Positions 20,575 through 32,784 are shown, numbered from the stretch's first letter. The stretch: 64,000 bases of DNA from Microcoleus sp. (GCA_052279835.1 CP181291.1:6208001-6272000); one strand, 5' to 3'. Made by a program: numbers and translations. The notes: a model not told the origin generated them from the letters alone.

Positions 20575-23571
20575 ATGGAACTTGCCAATGTACCGATATT
20601 TTTATCATCACATCTAGAAACGATCGATCGCCATCCTCTAACAGTTGCACCAGAAACTAGCTTTATGGATGCTATCGCCCTGATGAGTCAGGCGATAAAT
20701 AGTAATGAGCTAACTAATTCACAACCCATTGTCAATTCCAGCAAAACGGCAAAACCATCCAGCGGTTGTGTCTTAGTGATGGACGGAAATCAGCTCGTTG
20801 GAATCCTCAATCAAGGAGATGTGGTAAATTTAATCGCCACAAAATCTCGTTGGCAAGAAACGAAAGTAGCCGATGTCATTAAGGAAAATTTTATTACTTT
20901 AAAAGCTTCAGAGTTTACCGATATATTTATAGCGATCGACCTATTTATTCAACACTCTATTGACCAATTGCCAATTATAGATGACGCAGGTCAATTAGTA
21001 GGTTTAATAACAGAAAAAAGCCTCCGCTTAAAAATTTACCATCTGGCACAAAAGTCGCAACCCGAAATTGTACAGCATTTGGAAAAACCCGGTGAAGGCT
21101 TAGAAAACAAGTCAGAAGTCGATCGCCAATTTCCAGAAATAGCTTTGCAACAAATCAACGCGGAGTTAGAACAACGAGTTCAGCAGCACAATGAAAGCTA
21201 CGAACTGGCGGTATTAGCAGGCAAGTTAGTAGAAGAAAAACTGCTAAATTCCGAAGCAGAACTGCGAGCACTTTTTGATGCTATGACCGATATTGTACTG
21301 GTGCTTGATGCCGAAGGTCGCTATGTCAAAATTGCCCCCTCTGCTCCCCAACTTTTGTACAAACCTTCTGAAGAAATGCTGGGAAAAACTGTTGCTGAAG
21401 TTCTGCCAGCAACAGAAGCTAAACTCTGGCTCAGCTACATTAAGCGCACCCTGATAACTCAACAGACAGAGAGAATCGATTACACTCTGCAAATTGGTGG
21501 TAAGTTAATCTGGTTTGAGGCAAATATTTCGCCCTTCGGCTTGGATAGAGTAATTTTGGTAGCACGAGATATTACTCAGCGCAAATTGACAGAAGTTGCA
21601 CTGCAAAAGAGCGAGGACAAGTTTCGCAATTTATTTGACGATGCTCCCATCGCGCTGAGTTTGGCAAGTGTGGGGGACTTTCGCATGGTTAAAGTGAATG
21701 ATGCTCACCGCCAGATGTTCGGCTACAGTGACGAAGAGTTGGTGGCAATGAGTTTTGCTGATCTCACTCACCCGGAAGATTTAGAAGCAGATTTAGAGCT
21801 GGTTAAGCAGCTTATAGATGGGGATATTCCTCGTTTTCAAATGGAAAAACGCTGTGCTAAAAAGAACGGCGAATTGATGTGGGTGAAATTGACGGTGACA
21901 CTGATTCGGGATGTTGATGGCAGCCCCCTGTATACTATGGGTGCGATCGAAGATATCAGCGATAGCAAGGCAGCAGAATTGCAATTACAGCAGTTGAAAG
22001 AACGGTTACAATTTTTGCTGACTTCTAATCCAGCGGTGATTTTTACTGTCTCGCCTGAAGGGAATTTTGATACTACTTATATTAGCGATAATGTGAGGTC
22101 GCTTGTCGGTTATAACCAGGCAGAGTTTTTAGTTGATACGGGGTTCTGGCTTAGTCATATTCACCCTGAAGATATCGGGCTATTTTTAGTGACTTTATCG
22201 GATTTATCGGTGCAAAAAAATCGCAGTTGTGAGTATCGTTTTTTACATAAGGATGGAATTTACCGCTGGCTGCGGACGGAACTGAAACTATTAGTAGACT
22301 GTCGGGGAAAACCGATGGAAATTATTGGGTACGCAGCCGACATCAGTAATTCTAAATACGCTGAAATAGCTTTACGGCAACAGTTCGAGCAAGAGCAACT
22401 TGTGGAGGCGATCGCCCGTCGGGTCCGCCAATCTTTGCAGTTAGAGGAAATTCTCAACACAACTGTGGCTGAACTTCAGCAAGTAGTGCTAGCAGATCGG
22501 GTTTTGGTGTATCAAATTTTACCCGAAGGTCGTGGTAAAGTCATTGCTGAAGCCGTGGCGGAGGGATGCAGTCCACTGATGAATAGAGTTTTTTCCGAAG
22601 ATATTTTTAGATCGGAAAATTACCCGACTTATTTGCGTGGTCTCTTTTGCGATATATCGGAACAAAAAGGGCGCGGGATTACACATGATTTAGTAGATTT
22701 CATGAAAGAAATTGAAGTTAGGGCAAAATTAGTCGTGCCCATTTTTCAGGTAAATCAACTGTGGGGATTGCTAATTGCTCAGCAGTGCGAGCGGCCCCGT
22801 GAGTGGCAAGAATGGGAAATAAATTTATTTCAGCAGTTGGTGAATCAATTGGCGATCGCCATTCAGCAATCTCTGCTTTACCAGCAACTGCAAGCCGAAT
22901 TGAGCGAGCGCAAACAAGCTGAAGATCGATTAAAAAAATCTTTGAAAGAAAAAGAAATTTTGCTGAAGGAAATTCACCACCGTGTCAAAAATAACCTCTG
23001 CGTAGTGGCTAGTCTGTTAGAACTCCAATCTGACATCGTTGGCGAGCGACAACTAGCTAAGATGTTTGAAGAAAGTCAGCATCGTCTTTATTCTATAGCT
23101 TTGATTCATGAAAAACTCTATCGGTCTAAAAATTTGGCACAAATTAATTTTGGCGAATATCTGGAAGACTTGGTAACTAACTTATTTAATTTTTACAATA
23201 TTAGCGACCATCGTATTCAGTTGCAGGTATTAGCGGAACCTATTTGGCTAAACATTGAAACGGCGACTCCCTGCGGTTTAATTGCTAATGAATTAGTGTC
23301 AAATACCTTGAAGCACGCTTTTCCCGATCGCACAAATGGTACGGTTAGTGTAGAATGCTATCAAACAGGCGATCGGGAAATCCACCTCATCGTCAAAGAT
23401 AACGGCAAAGGTTTTCCCAAAAATTTTAATTTTCAAAAAACTAATTCTATGGGCTTTCAAGTTGTCTGCACTTTAACCGAACAGCTAGAAGGAAATATTG
23501 AACTATCAGGAGAAATAGGCTCGACTTTTCACTTAAGTTTCACTGAGTTAAAATATTTTAAAAGGCTTTAG
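20575..23571 (+). CDS. CBS-PAS(x3)-GAF histidine kinase (HisKA_2 type)
   Basis: N-terminal CBS pair, PAS repeats, GAF (DRVLVYQI...LWGLLIAQQC), EIHHRVKNNL, NELVSNTLKHAF, DNGKG. Confidence 0.92.
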   Translation: MELANVPIFLSSHLETIDRHPLTVAPETSFMDAIALMSQAINSNELTNSQPIVNSSKTAKPSSGCVLVMDGNQLVGILNQGDVVNLIATKSRWQETKVADVIKENFITLKASEFTDIFIAIDLFIQHSIDQLPIIDDAGQLVGLITEKSLRLKIYHLAQKSQPEIVQHLEKPGEGLENKSEVDRQFPEIALQQINAELEQRVQQHNESYELAVLAGKLVEEKLLNSEAELRALFDAMTDIVLVLDAEGRYVKIAPSAPQLLYKPSEEMLGKTVAEVLPATEAKLWLSYIKRTLITQQTERIDYTLQIGGKLIWFEANISPFGLDRVILVARDITQRKLTEVALQKSEDKFRNLFDDAPIALSLASVGDFRMVKVNDAHRQMFGYSDEELVAMSFADLTHPEDLEADLELVKQLIDGDIPRFQMEKRCAKKNGELMWVKLTVTLIRDVDGSPLYTMGAIEDISDSKAAELQLQQLKERLQFLLTSNPAVIFTVSPEGNFDTTYISDNVRSLVGYNQAEFLVDTGFWLSHIHPEDIGLFLVTLSDLSVQKNRSCEYRFLHKDGIYRWLRTELKLLVDCRGKPMEIIGYAADISNSKYAEIALRQQFEQEQLVEAIARRVRQSLQLEEILNTTVAELQQVVLADRVLVYQILPEGRGKVIAEAVAEGCSPLMNRVFSEDIFRSENYPTYLRGLFCDISEQKGRGITHDLVDFMKEIEVRAKLVVPIFQVNQLWGLLIAQQCERPREWQEWEINLFQQLVNQLAIAIQQSLLYQQLQAELSERKQAEDRLKKSLKEKEILLKEIHHRVKNNLCVVASLLELQSDIVGERQLAKMFEESQHRLYSIALIHEKLYRSKNLAQINFGEYLEDLVTNLFNFYNISDHRIQLQVLAEPIWLNIETATPCGLIANELVSNTLKHAFPDRTNGTVSVECYQTGDREIHLIVKDNGKGFPKNFNFQKTNSMGFQVVCTLTEQLEGNIELSGEIGSTFHLSFTELKYFKRL

Positions 23572-23575
23572 AATC

Positions 23576-24685
23576 ATGGAAATTTACGAAAAAAACATTA
23601 ACATTTTGATTGTAGAAGACGAACTTTTAATAGCGAAAAACTTATCCAATAAATTGGAGAATTTGGGTTATAAAATAGTAGGTATTGTTTGTTCAGGAGC
23701 CGATGCCATCGAGCGTGCTGGCGAAATGAAGCCCGATTTAATTTTGATGGATATAGTAATTAAAGGCCAAATAGACGGCATAGAAACAGCAACAATCATC
23801 AATCAAAAATTAGATATACCAATTATCTATACAACTGCCTACGCAGACGAAGAAACTTTGGAGCGAGCAGAAAATACTGGTTCCTACGGCTACCTCCTCA
23901 AACCTTTTAAAGAAAGAGAGCTACACGCCACCATCAAGATTGCATTGAGCAAACATCAAGAAACCGTTAAAATGCAACAAGAACTTGCATCTTTTGCTAC
24001 AAAAAGTGAAAATGAATCGCGTTTTTTGGCAATGGTTTACCATGATTTAAATACTCCATTGACTACCATACAACTATCGGCTGAAATGCTGGAAGATTGC
24101 GATTTTTCTAGTCGTGTATTAACAGTAAATAAGACCGTAGAACGCATTAAAAAAGCAGCGAGCAATATGAGCGAATTGCTCGAAGATATTTTAATGATAG
24201 CCAAAGCAGATTCGGGGAAAATTTTGCTGAACTTAAAGTCGGTAAATCTGGTTGATTTGTGCTATCTTATATTAGATGATATGCAGCCGATCGCTACTCA
24301 AAAACACTTCATAAACTTTCGTCATCAACAAAATTTGTTGTACGCTAATGTCGATGCCAAACTACTGCACCATCTGCTCACAAATTTGCTGTCAAACGCG
24401 ATTAAATATTCTCCCAACGGCGGTGATGTGTCTCTAGAATTAAGCAGCCAATGCCAGGAAGTCATTTTTTGCATTCGCGATGAAGGAATTGGTATGACAG
24501 CGGCAGATATAGGTAAATTATTTCAGAAGTTTGAACGGGGTGGTAACGTCAGCAATATTAAAGGTTCGGGGTTGGGACTTTGTATTGTCAAACACATTGT
24601 TGACCTCCACGGCGGTACCATAAGTGTGGAAAGTGCGATCGGTAAAGGTACTACATTTACTGTCGCACTGCCTTTTGATAGTTGA
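23576..24685 (+). CDS. Hybrid receiver-histidine kinase
   Basis: ILIVEDE, LMDIVI, KPF; HDLNTPL, NLLSNAIKYS, GSGLGL. Confidence 0.92.
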   Translation: MEIYEKNINILIVEDELLIAKNLSNKLENLGYKIVGIVCSGADAIERAGEMKPDLILMDIVIKGQIDGIETATIINQKLDIPIIYTTAYADEETLERAENTGSYGYLLKPFKERELHATIKIALSKHQETVKMQQELASFATKSENESRFLAMVYHDLNTPLTTIQLSAEMLEDCDFSSRVLTVNKTVERIKKAASNMSELLEDILMIAKADSGKILLNLKSVNLVDLCYLILDDMQPIATQKHFINFRHQQNLLYANVDAKLLHHLLTNLLSNAIKYSPNGGDVSLELSSQCQEVIFCIRDEGIGMTAADIGKLFQKFERGGNVSNIKGSGLGLCIVKHIVDLHGGTISVESAIGKGTTFTVALPFDS

Positions 24686-24993
24686 GTGTTGACTAAAGAA
24701 CAATAGGCTAGCCCCCGGCCTGTTTTAGCAATAAAAAAATCTTGTGATTAATGTTATTTGAGCTGTTGTTGATGCACAAAAAAATAAAAATTACCAATTA
24801 AATAAAATATTTTATTTAATGTAGCTTTCTGCTTTCAACCTGGAATCAAGGCTCTACCTATAGATAGAGACTAGCTGCGATCGGCATAAATGAAAATTCC
24901 ACCCCTTGAGAGATGTAGCATCAGGGATATTTTTCGTTCAATAGTATCAATTACTGTTACCAACATCCAATTAAGAAATACCAGAGAGGATCT

Positions 24994-25278
24994 ATGAGCA
25001 TCGACAAACCCAACGAAACTAAAGATATTTTCCGCAGTGCCAATCCGGGAGATCGAATTTCCGACGAACCACAAACCATCGAAGAAAAAGCCCAGCAACT
25101 CGCAGTAGACCACGTTCCAGACATAACTGGAGATATAGTTACAGTTCCCACTTATGTGATCGTCGAAGAACCGGATGGGGAAAAAAAAGCCCTGCACCAC
25201 GTCAAAGACGCTGAAGAAATTTCCGACGTAATTCGGCAGGCCCGCGTTGACGAAAATGGTGAGCGAATTTGGGATTAA
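24994..25278 (+). CDS. Small acidic hypothetical protein
   Basis: 94-aa ORF with GAGG RBS, co-oriented with the DUF2231 gene. Confidence 0.7.
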   Translation: MSIDKPNETKDIFRSANPGDRISDEPQTIEEKAQQLAVDHVPDITGDIVTVPTYVIVEEPDGEKKALHHVKDAEEISDVIRQARVDENGERIWD

Positions 25279-25329
25279 ATTCAATCAATTTAAAGACGAG
25301 TTTTTTAACCAAAGTTATCTGTAGCAATC

Positions 25330-25869
25330 ATGGAAACAAATCAGAGAAACACTGCCCCTTTCCCCAATATTCCGCCCATTCTGGAAACAGACGATGGAGA
25401 ATATCTCGATGGTGGCATAGTGAGTACAGTTTCAGTTGCAGGCCATCCGCTTCACCCTGTGCTGATTGTATTTCCAGTAGCCTTTCTGGTAGGAGCAGCC
25501 GGTACTGACATCGGCTACTGGCTCACAAGCGATCCATTTTGGGCAAGAGCCTCAGTTTGGCTCATCGGTGCCGGTTTCGGTGCGGGCATTTTGGCTGGGA
25601 TCACCGGTTTTTTAGACTTTTTTAAAATAAAAAGAGTGCGCGAGCGTAGTGCTGGCTGGTTGCACATGGGCGGCAACGTGACGGTTTTGGTACTTTCCTT
25701 GATTAACCTGGTTTTGCGACAAGGAAACCCAGAAACAGCGATTGTACCAACAGGTTTAGCAATTTCCATTGTCGTTGCAGCCTTACTGGGCGCTACAGGC
25801 TGGTTTGGTGGCGAACTCAGTTTTCGTCACAAAGTCGGTGTCATCGGCCCTACCAGCCGCAATCAGTAG
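25330..25869 (+). CDS. DUF2231-like membrane protein
   Basis: GHPLHPVLIVFP, TGFLDF, WLHMGGN, GWFGGELSFRH.VG. Confidence 0.85.
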   Translation: METNQRNTAPFPNIPPILETDDGEYLDGGIVSTVSVAGHPLHPVLIVFPVAFLVGAAGTDIGYWLTSDPFWARASVWLIGAGFGAGILAGITGFLDFFKIKRVRERSAGWLHMGGNVTVLVLSLINLVLRQGNPETAIVPTGLAISIVVAALLGATGWFGGELSFRHKVGVIGPTSRNQ

Positions 25870-25878
25870 GTTTTGTCC

Positions 25879-25924
25879 AAAATTTAGTCCTCCTCAATTA
25901 TCAAATTGAGGAGGCTAAATTTTT
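25879..25924. terminator. Hairpin between convergent genes
   Basis: cctcctcaatt / aattgaggagg stem extended by aaaatttag / ctaaatttt. Confidence 0.7.
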
Positions 25925-26820
25925 GAGCTATCAATTTCTTGAACTTCCCAAGAATTAACATTGCCTGCCCCAGCCAAGGAAAAATAGCGCCTAGTAGATT
26001 CCGGCAAAATCGCCCCCGTTAACAAAGCATTATCTAAATTAGCTCCAATTAACGTCGCCTCACTCAAATCTGCTGCCATCAAATCTGCTTGACACAACTT
26101 CGCCCAATTCAGATTAGCCCCTCTCAAACAACTTCCCCTCAACTTAGCCCCTGTTAAGTTTGCTCCCACCAACTTCACGCCCCGCAACTGAGCGGCGCTA
26201 AAATTCGCCCCTGCTAAATTTGAGCCTTCCAAATTAGCTCCCGTCAGTTTAGCTTCACTGACATTGACACCGCTCAAATCCGCACCGCCGAGATTCACCC
26301 CATTTAACTGAGCTCTCCGCAGACTGACTCCCGTTAATAAAGCTCCAAACAGCTTGGCACTGTTGAGCCTTGCACCGTAAAGGTTTGCCCACTTAAAATT
26401 AGCTCCTGTCAGGTTTGCGCCCAACAAGTTAATTAGTTGCAAGTCGGCGCTGCACAGATTGGCATTCCACAGCACAGCACCCCGCAGGTTTGCGCCTGTT
26501 AAAGTTGCGCCGCTTAACTTCGCTCTCGGCAATTTTGCTTTTACCAGAAAAGCTCCGCTCAAATTAGCCTTGGTCAAATTTGCATCTGTCAGTTTGCTGT
26601 CTCCCATTTTGGCAAAACTCAGATTTGCTCTGTGCAGCAAAGCGCCATTGAGTGTTGCTTTGGTGAGAAATGCTCTGCTGAGGTTGGCCCCGGAAAGATT
26701 GGCTTGCGAAAGGTTGACTCCGATTAAGATGGCTCCGCTGAGGTTCGCCCCGCTGAGGTTCGCCCCAGCAAAGTTTCTTTGTCCTTTTTCGTAGTTGTTG
26801 AGCAGTTCGCTAACTTCCAT
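25915..26820 (-). CDS. Pentapeptide repeat protein (ATG at 26820 preferred over 26901)
   Basis: MEVSELLNNYEKGQRNF followed by continuous A(N/D)LxG repeats. Confidence 0.92.
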   Translation of the reverse strand: MEVSELLNNYEKGQRNFAGANLSGANLSGAILIGVNLSQANLSGANLSRAFLTKATLNGALLHRANLSFAKMGDSKLTDANLTKANLSGAFLVKAKLPRAKLSGATLTGANLRGAVLWNANLCSADLQLINLLGANLTGANFKWANLYGARLNSAKLFGALLTGVSLRRAQLNGVNLGGADLSGVNVSEAKLTGANLEGSNLAGANFSAAQLRGVKLVGANLTGAKLRGSCLRGANLNWAKLCQADLMAADLSEATLIGANLDNALLTGAILPESTRRYFSLAGAGNVNSWEVQEIDSSKI

Positions 26821-27084
26821 AGGGCCTAATACCTCTGATTCGGGGGTTTTCGATCGAGAAATCTTTGCTGTTAAGGTTGTTTGAGAAATTCCACTGTGCA
26901 AAAGTCAGACTGTTTCAGGATTCTAGATCCAAAGGTCTAACTTCTAGTACCAGTAGTTTCTGTGGAAAGGTAATCTCTTAATAAAGATTTTATATCCTGC
27001 GATCGCTAGCAATGCCCATTTCCCCACGGTTGACTTAAAAGTTAACTTTTGTTGACATATCAACTTATTGCTTAACCTGTGGGA

Positions 27085-29592
27085 TTAATTAATTTTTAAC
27101 TTCAGGCGCACTTTGCCGCCTACTCCTGCGGGTGGTTTCCAGGAAGTTAAAGCTTCCTGGAGATGCTTAATTGGCTCAGTGGCTTGTAGCGTCGAGGCTC
27201 CATAGTCGATCGCCACTCGCACCACCTGGCCATCTTGTACCCACAATTCCCAAACCGTCTCCCCAGTAACCCCAGTCGGTAAGATCACAGATTGCAGGTA
27301 TTGAGTCAAAGCAGCAATAGCCGACACATCCAACCCTTCGACACTAGCTATTTGCAAAGGAGAAGTGCTTGGCTGCTGGGGTTTCAACTCCCGGTAAGTG
27401 GGTTTCGCCACTTCCCGAAGTGGCGCCGATGGTGCTTCCCGGCGAGTTGGGTTGACACGGGAACCACCGCCTCTAGTTTGCCCGATCGCCTCGTCCGGTT
27501 CAAAAATACCTTCATAGCTCATCCCCTGTGGCAGTTCTACAGGCACTTGCACTCGCCGACGCGATCCATCTGGTTCCACCCGCACTTCTGAGCTCACAGC
27601 CACAAATGCCGTGTATTCCGACAGCAAGCCATAGGTCAAAGCAGTATTAGTCACTGATTCCACCAGAGATTTAGTCTCGCCACCAAACATTTGATTCATC
27701 AAATCCTGAATCCGCGATCGACCCCAAAGTTGAGCGATCGCCAGATTGCCAAAATCCCGATTAGTCGTGACAACTGAATTTGACTCCCGTTGGCGAACAT
27801 TGACAGAAGGAGTAAAATTCACGGGTAACATCTGCTCGTAAACTTTGCCGTCAGCTTCAGTGCCGCGGATACGAATTTTGCCACTGGTGCGATCGTTCTG
27901 CCGGCCAAACAAAACTAGCGGCGCACTAGCAAACAAATCTGGCACCACCTGGGGATAAATCTCCGCTTTTTCCCCCATTCCTTCCCAACTAATTTGAATA
28001 TTCGTCAATACCGGACTGTTAATTTGGCGAAAAAACTTTTCTGCTGCGGCCTCCGTCGGTTCATCTTGACGAACTACTTGAGATGTGCCTCTTCCCACTT
28101 GGGCCAAACGGTTAAGCAAAAACCGATTTACAGAACCGCCCACACCAAAACTATAGAGTCTATTTCCCGGTTTGAAACTCCGTTGCACCTGGTCAATTAC
28201 TTCTTTTTCATTGCCAATATAACCATCAGTAATTAGTACAATACTCCGCAACCTTCCGGTTTCTGGAGCCGGAAAATTCATCACAGTTCGGATGCCATTG
28301 ACCAATTCCGTACCGCCGTTAGCTTGCAATTTAGCGATATAATCAATAGCTTTTTCTCGATTGATCTGAGTATTGGCTAAAGGAGTTGGTGAAAGTGCTT
28401 TGGCAGTATTGGCAAAATCAATAATTGTAAAAGTATCCTGGGGATTTAAACCTTGAATAAAACGGCGCATCAATTCCTGGGATTTGGCTAGCGGTTCTCC
28501 CTGTTGAGAACCGGAAGTATCCATCAGAAACACGACATCTTTGGGTACAATTTGATTGGATTTGTAATTTAAGGCCGGAATCAGATAAGCTGCAAAATGA
28601 CCGCCTCGCTTGTCAGCTTGAGTCAGGACTGCTGCCTGGGTATTTTCTCCAGCTACTCGATAGCGCAAAATTAAATCTTTATTGGGGATTGTATCAGAAT
28701 TGGGTAGTTGGACTTGCACAATGTTGCCACTGCGAGAGGTCGTAATTTGATGAGAAGTAGAACGGACATTGCTAATCGGAATTCCGCTATCTATTTCTAC
28801 ATTGACAGCGATATCGTGACCCGATCGCGTTCCCGGAGGCACTACAGGCGGGTTAATGCGATCGGCATCGGTATTAACCGCCCCCGGCCTGGTTAAGGGG
28901 GGGTTGGGGGTGGTCATATTTCTGGGAATATAGCGAGGCCCCACCACCATCGGAAACACAAATTCATAATCGCCTCCCTCAAACTTGAGACTTTCGGTGT
29001 AGCGAATGGTAACTTCTATTTGCTCTCCGGGTTTGATATTTGCCAGAGACTGAGTAAAAATATTATCCCGTTCTTGTTCCAACAAACCCGCTGTTCTGCC
29101 TTGGGTTCGAGCTTTTTCGTAAATTTCCAAAGCTTCGTCTCGTCGTTTGATATCAGATTTGATAGTTCGTGAGCCGATTTTAATTTCCATATCATCCACC
29201 GCCGCTTCGTCAGGTAAAGGAAACACATAAACAGCTTCCAAAGGTTCGGTGAAAGAATTTTCAAACTTCTGAACAACTTCGACGCGGGAGATATTGCCGG
29301 CAATTTTAGCTTTAACTTGAGTTTGTTTGAGCCCAAAGACTTGTTCCTGGCCCGGATTTTGACTTGGGACGAACAAACCGCCGACGGGACACCGACTTTG
29401 GGGCTGGTATCCATCGCTACGGCAGTTAACCTCATTTCTAGCCAGGAGTTGTGGTGATGCAGCAGAATGTCCCCCAAGAGCGATCGCCCGTGCTCTATCG
29501 GGAGCCAGCCACGCGCTACACTCGATCGCAGCCAGGAGTGTTATACCAGCAGAAAGCAACCGTTGGGCAGATAAAACGCAGACAAACTTCAT
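27085..29592 (-). CDS. Secreted VIT + von Willebrand A domain protein
   Basis: LEAVYVFPLP (VIT), MIDAS DTSGSQ, GGT, LITDG; signal-like N-terminus. Confidence 0.92.
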   Translation of the reverse strand: MKFVCVLSAQRLLSAGITLLAAIECSAWLAPDRARAIALGGHSAASPQLLARNEVNCRSDGYQPQSRCPVGGLFVPSQNPGQEQVFGLKQTQVKAKIAGNISRVEVVQKFENSFTEPLEAVYVFPLPDEAAVDDMEIKIGSRTIKSDIKRRDEALEIYEKARTQGRTAGLLEQERDNIFTQSLANIKPGEQIEVTIRYTESLKFEGGDYEFVFPMVVGPRYIPRNMTTPNPPLTRPGAVNTDADRINPPVVPPGTRSGHDIAVNVEIDSGIPISNVRSTSHQITTSRSGNIVQVQLPNSDTIPNKDLILRYRVAGENTQAAVLTQADKRGGHFAAYLIPALNYKSNQIVPKDVVFLMDTSGSQQGEPLAKSQELMRRFIQGLNPQDTFTIIDFANTAKALSPTPLANTQINREKAIDYIAKLQANGGTELVNGIRTVMNFPAPETGRLRSIVLITDGYIGNEKEVIDQVQRSFKPGNRLYSFGVGGSVNRFLLNRLAQVGRGTSQVVRQDEPTEAAAEKFFRQINSPVLTNIQISWEGMGEKAEIYPQVVPDLFASAPLVLFGRQNDRTSGKIRIRGTEADGKVYEQMLPVNFTPSVNVRQRESNSVVTTNRDFGNLAIAQLWGRSRIQDLMNQMFGGETKSLVESVTNTALTYGLLSEYTAFVAVSSEVRVEPDGSRRRVQVPVELPQGMSYEGIFEPDEAIGQTRGGGSRVNPTRREAPSAPLREVAKPTYRELKPQQPSTSPLQIASVEGLDVSAIAALTQYLQSVILPTGVTGETVWELWVQDGQVVRVAIDYGASTLQATEPIKHLQEALTSWKPPAGVGGKVRLKLKIN

Positions 29593-29765
29593 AGCAATTT
29601 TTTTAGCAGACTGGAAATGCTCTACATACCATGACCTTAACCTTCGCGAAACGTTCCTGAGTCAGGGATGTGCCAAAAATTACCGACGAGGGGCGATGGG
29701 GCGATCGAGTCAAACCTACAAAATTGTATCTTTGATCAATTACAGTCCTGGACACATGGGGATTC

Positions 29766-29832
29766 AAAAACCCGGTTTCTGCGTGAATATTTGTCGAAAA
29801 AAAGGACTATTTTTAGAAGAAACCGGGTTTTT
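29766..29832. repeat. Dispersed inverted-repeat element
   Basis: 15-bp IR aaaaacccggtttct / agaaaccgggttttt. Confidence 0.75.
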
Positions 29833-29947
29833 TGCGTCCACGACTAAATTAGACAATTAAATAGCTGTACCCACCGCAGATTCAAAAAATACTCCATGAA
29901 TGCTGGACAATTTGGTTTTTAGCTTTTAGATTTGAGTGTTACCTTAA

Positions 29948-31636
<1,689 letters not shown>

Positions 31637-31641
31637 GCTGC

Positions 31642-31737
31642 CACGCATCTAATTTGACGATCAAGTTTGATAAGATTTTTGTGGGAGGGTTGTTCTTAGC
31701 AACTCCGAAGCAGAATCAAGCAATATTTAGATGCGTG
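31642..31737. repeat. MITE-like inverted-repeat element
   Basis: 11-bp IR cacgcatctaa / ttagatgcgtg. Confidence 0.55.
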
Positions 31738-31937
31738 ACGGCGGATGTGACACATTATTAATAGATTCTCAGCGAAAAAAATAACCCCACTCCCAACCCT
31801 AGTAGGGATCGGGGCTAGAAAGTGTAACTTGATTCTTGGACAAGGCTACCCATTGTTGCTCAATTATGGGTAGACTTTTCACTCGCAGGTTCTGCTTCTG
31901 TAAGGTTTTGGTGGAATTAATGGATTAAAGAAGTGCT

Positions 31938-32261
31938 ATGCTACTCGGATTCAAAACCGAATTAAAACTGAACGACCGACAGCGAACGCGGTTAGCTAAA
32001 CATTGTGGAGTAGCTCGTCACGCATGGAATTGGGGACTGTGGTTGACCAAAAACATACTCAACCACAATCAAGCCAACCCACAGGAAAAGCTCAAATTTC
32101 CCACGGCTATTGACTTGCACAAGTTGTTAGTATCCTTGGTAAAATCCCAAAACCCTTGGTATTATGAGTGTTCTAAATCCACACCACAGATCGCATTAAT
32201 CGCATTGCCAGAAGCGTGGAAACGGTGCTTTAAGAAGACTGCGGGATTACCCAGATTTAAA
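31938..32261 (+). pseudogene. tnpB: Truncated TnpB (IS200/IS605/IS607-type), N-terminal part only
   Basis: MLLGFKTELKLN..QR..L.KHCGVARHAWNWGL...PRFK, then similarity is lost; no RuvC or Zn-ribbon motifs. Confidence 0.85.
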
Positions 32262-32361
32262 ATGTTCTGTAATGTTGAGTCAATCTCTATGGGGTTAGAT
32301 TTCAAAATAGATTTTTTGAACTCTTGTAACATACCAGGAAACAGAGGTTTCAGGAGGTGTT

Positions 32362-32784
32362 GTGGCTTACTGGATTAAATTAATTTATGAGAAAAATTCT
32401 TACATAATCGACCTGGATACTATTAGTGCTTTTTCTAAGGAACTGGATAATAACAGGCTCGCATTTTGGCTGCCTCATAGCAGTCAGCCGATTATCCTCA
32501 ATCCCCACGGCAATTCTGATGCTTACAGGCAAGTTATAGATTATCTCAAAAAAACAATCGATCGCAATTCTCAGAAATGCTGGGTCACAATTAATTACGA
32601 TCGCAAAGAATTTTCGATCGATTTGAGTCGCATTAGTTTTTTTGCTTGGGAACCTAATGGTCGGTTAACTTTTTGTTTACCAGACAGTGCACTTAATATT
32701 GTGCTCGCTCCCCACACTAATCCCCATGATTATCAAAAATTACAGGAATATATCAAAAATACAACGGGACTTTCGGGGCCCTAA
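32362..32784 (+). CDS. Hypothetical protein with two internal repeats
   Basis: GTG start with GGAGG RBS; W..I/LxY....IDL..IS.F.....RL.F.LP occurs twice. Confidence 0.8.
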   Translation: MAYWIKLIYEKNSYIIDLDTISAFSKELDNNRLAFWLPHSSQPIILNPHGNSDAYRQVIDYLKKTIDRNSQKCWVTINYDRKEFSIDLSRISFFAWEPNGRLTFCLPDSALNIVLAPHTNPHDYQKLQEYIKNTTGLSGP

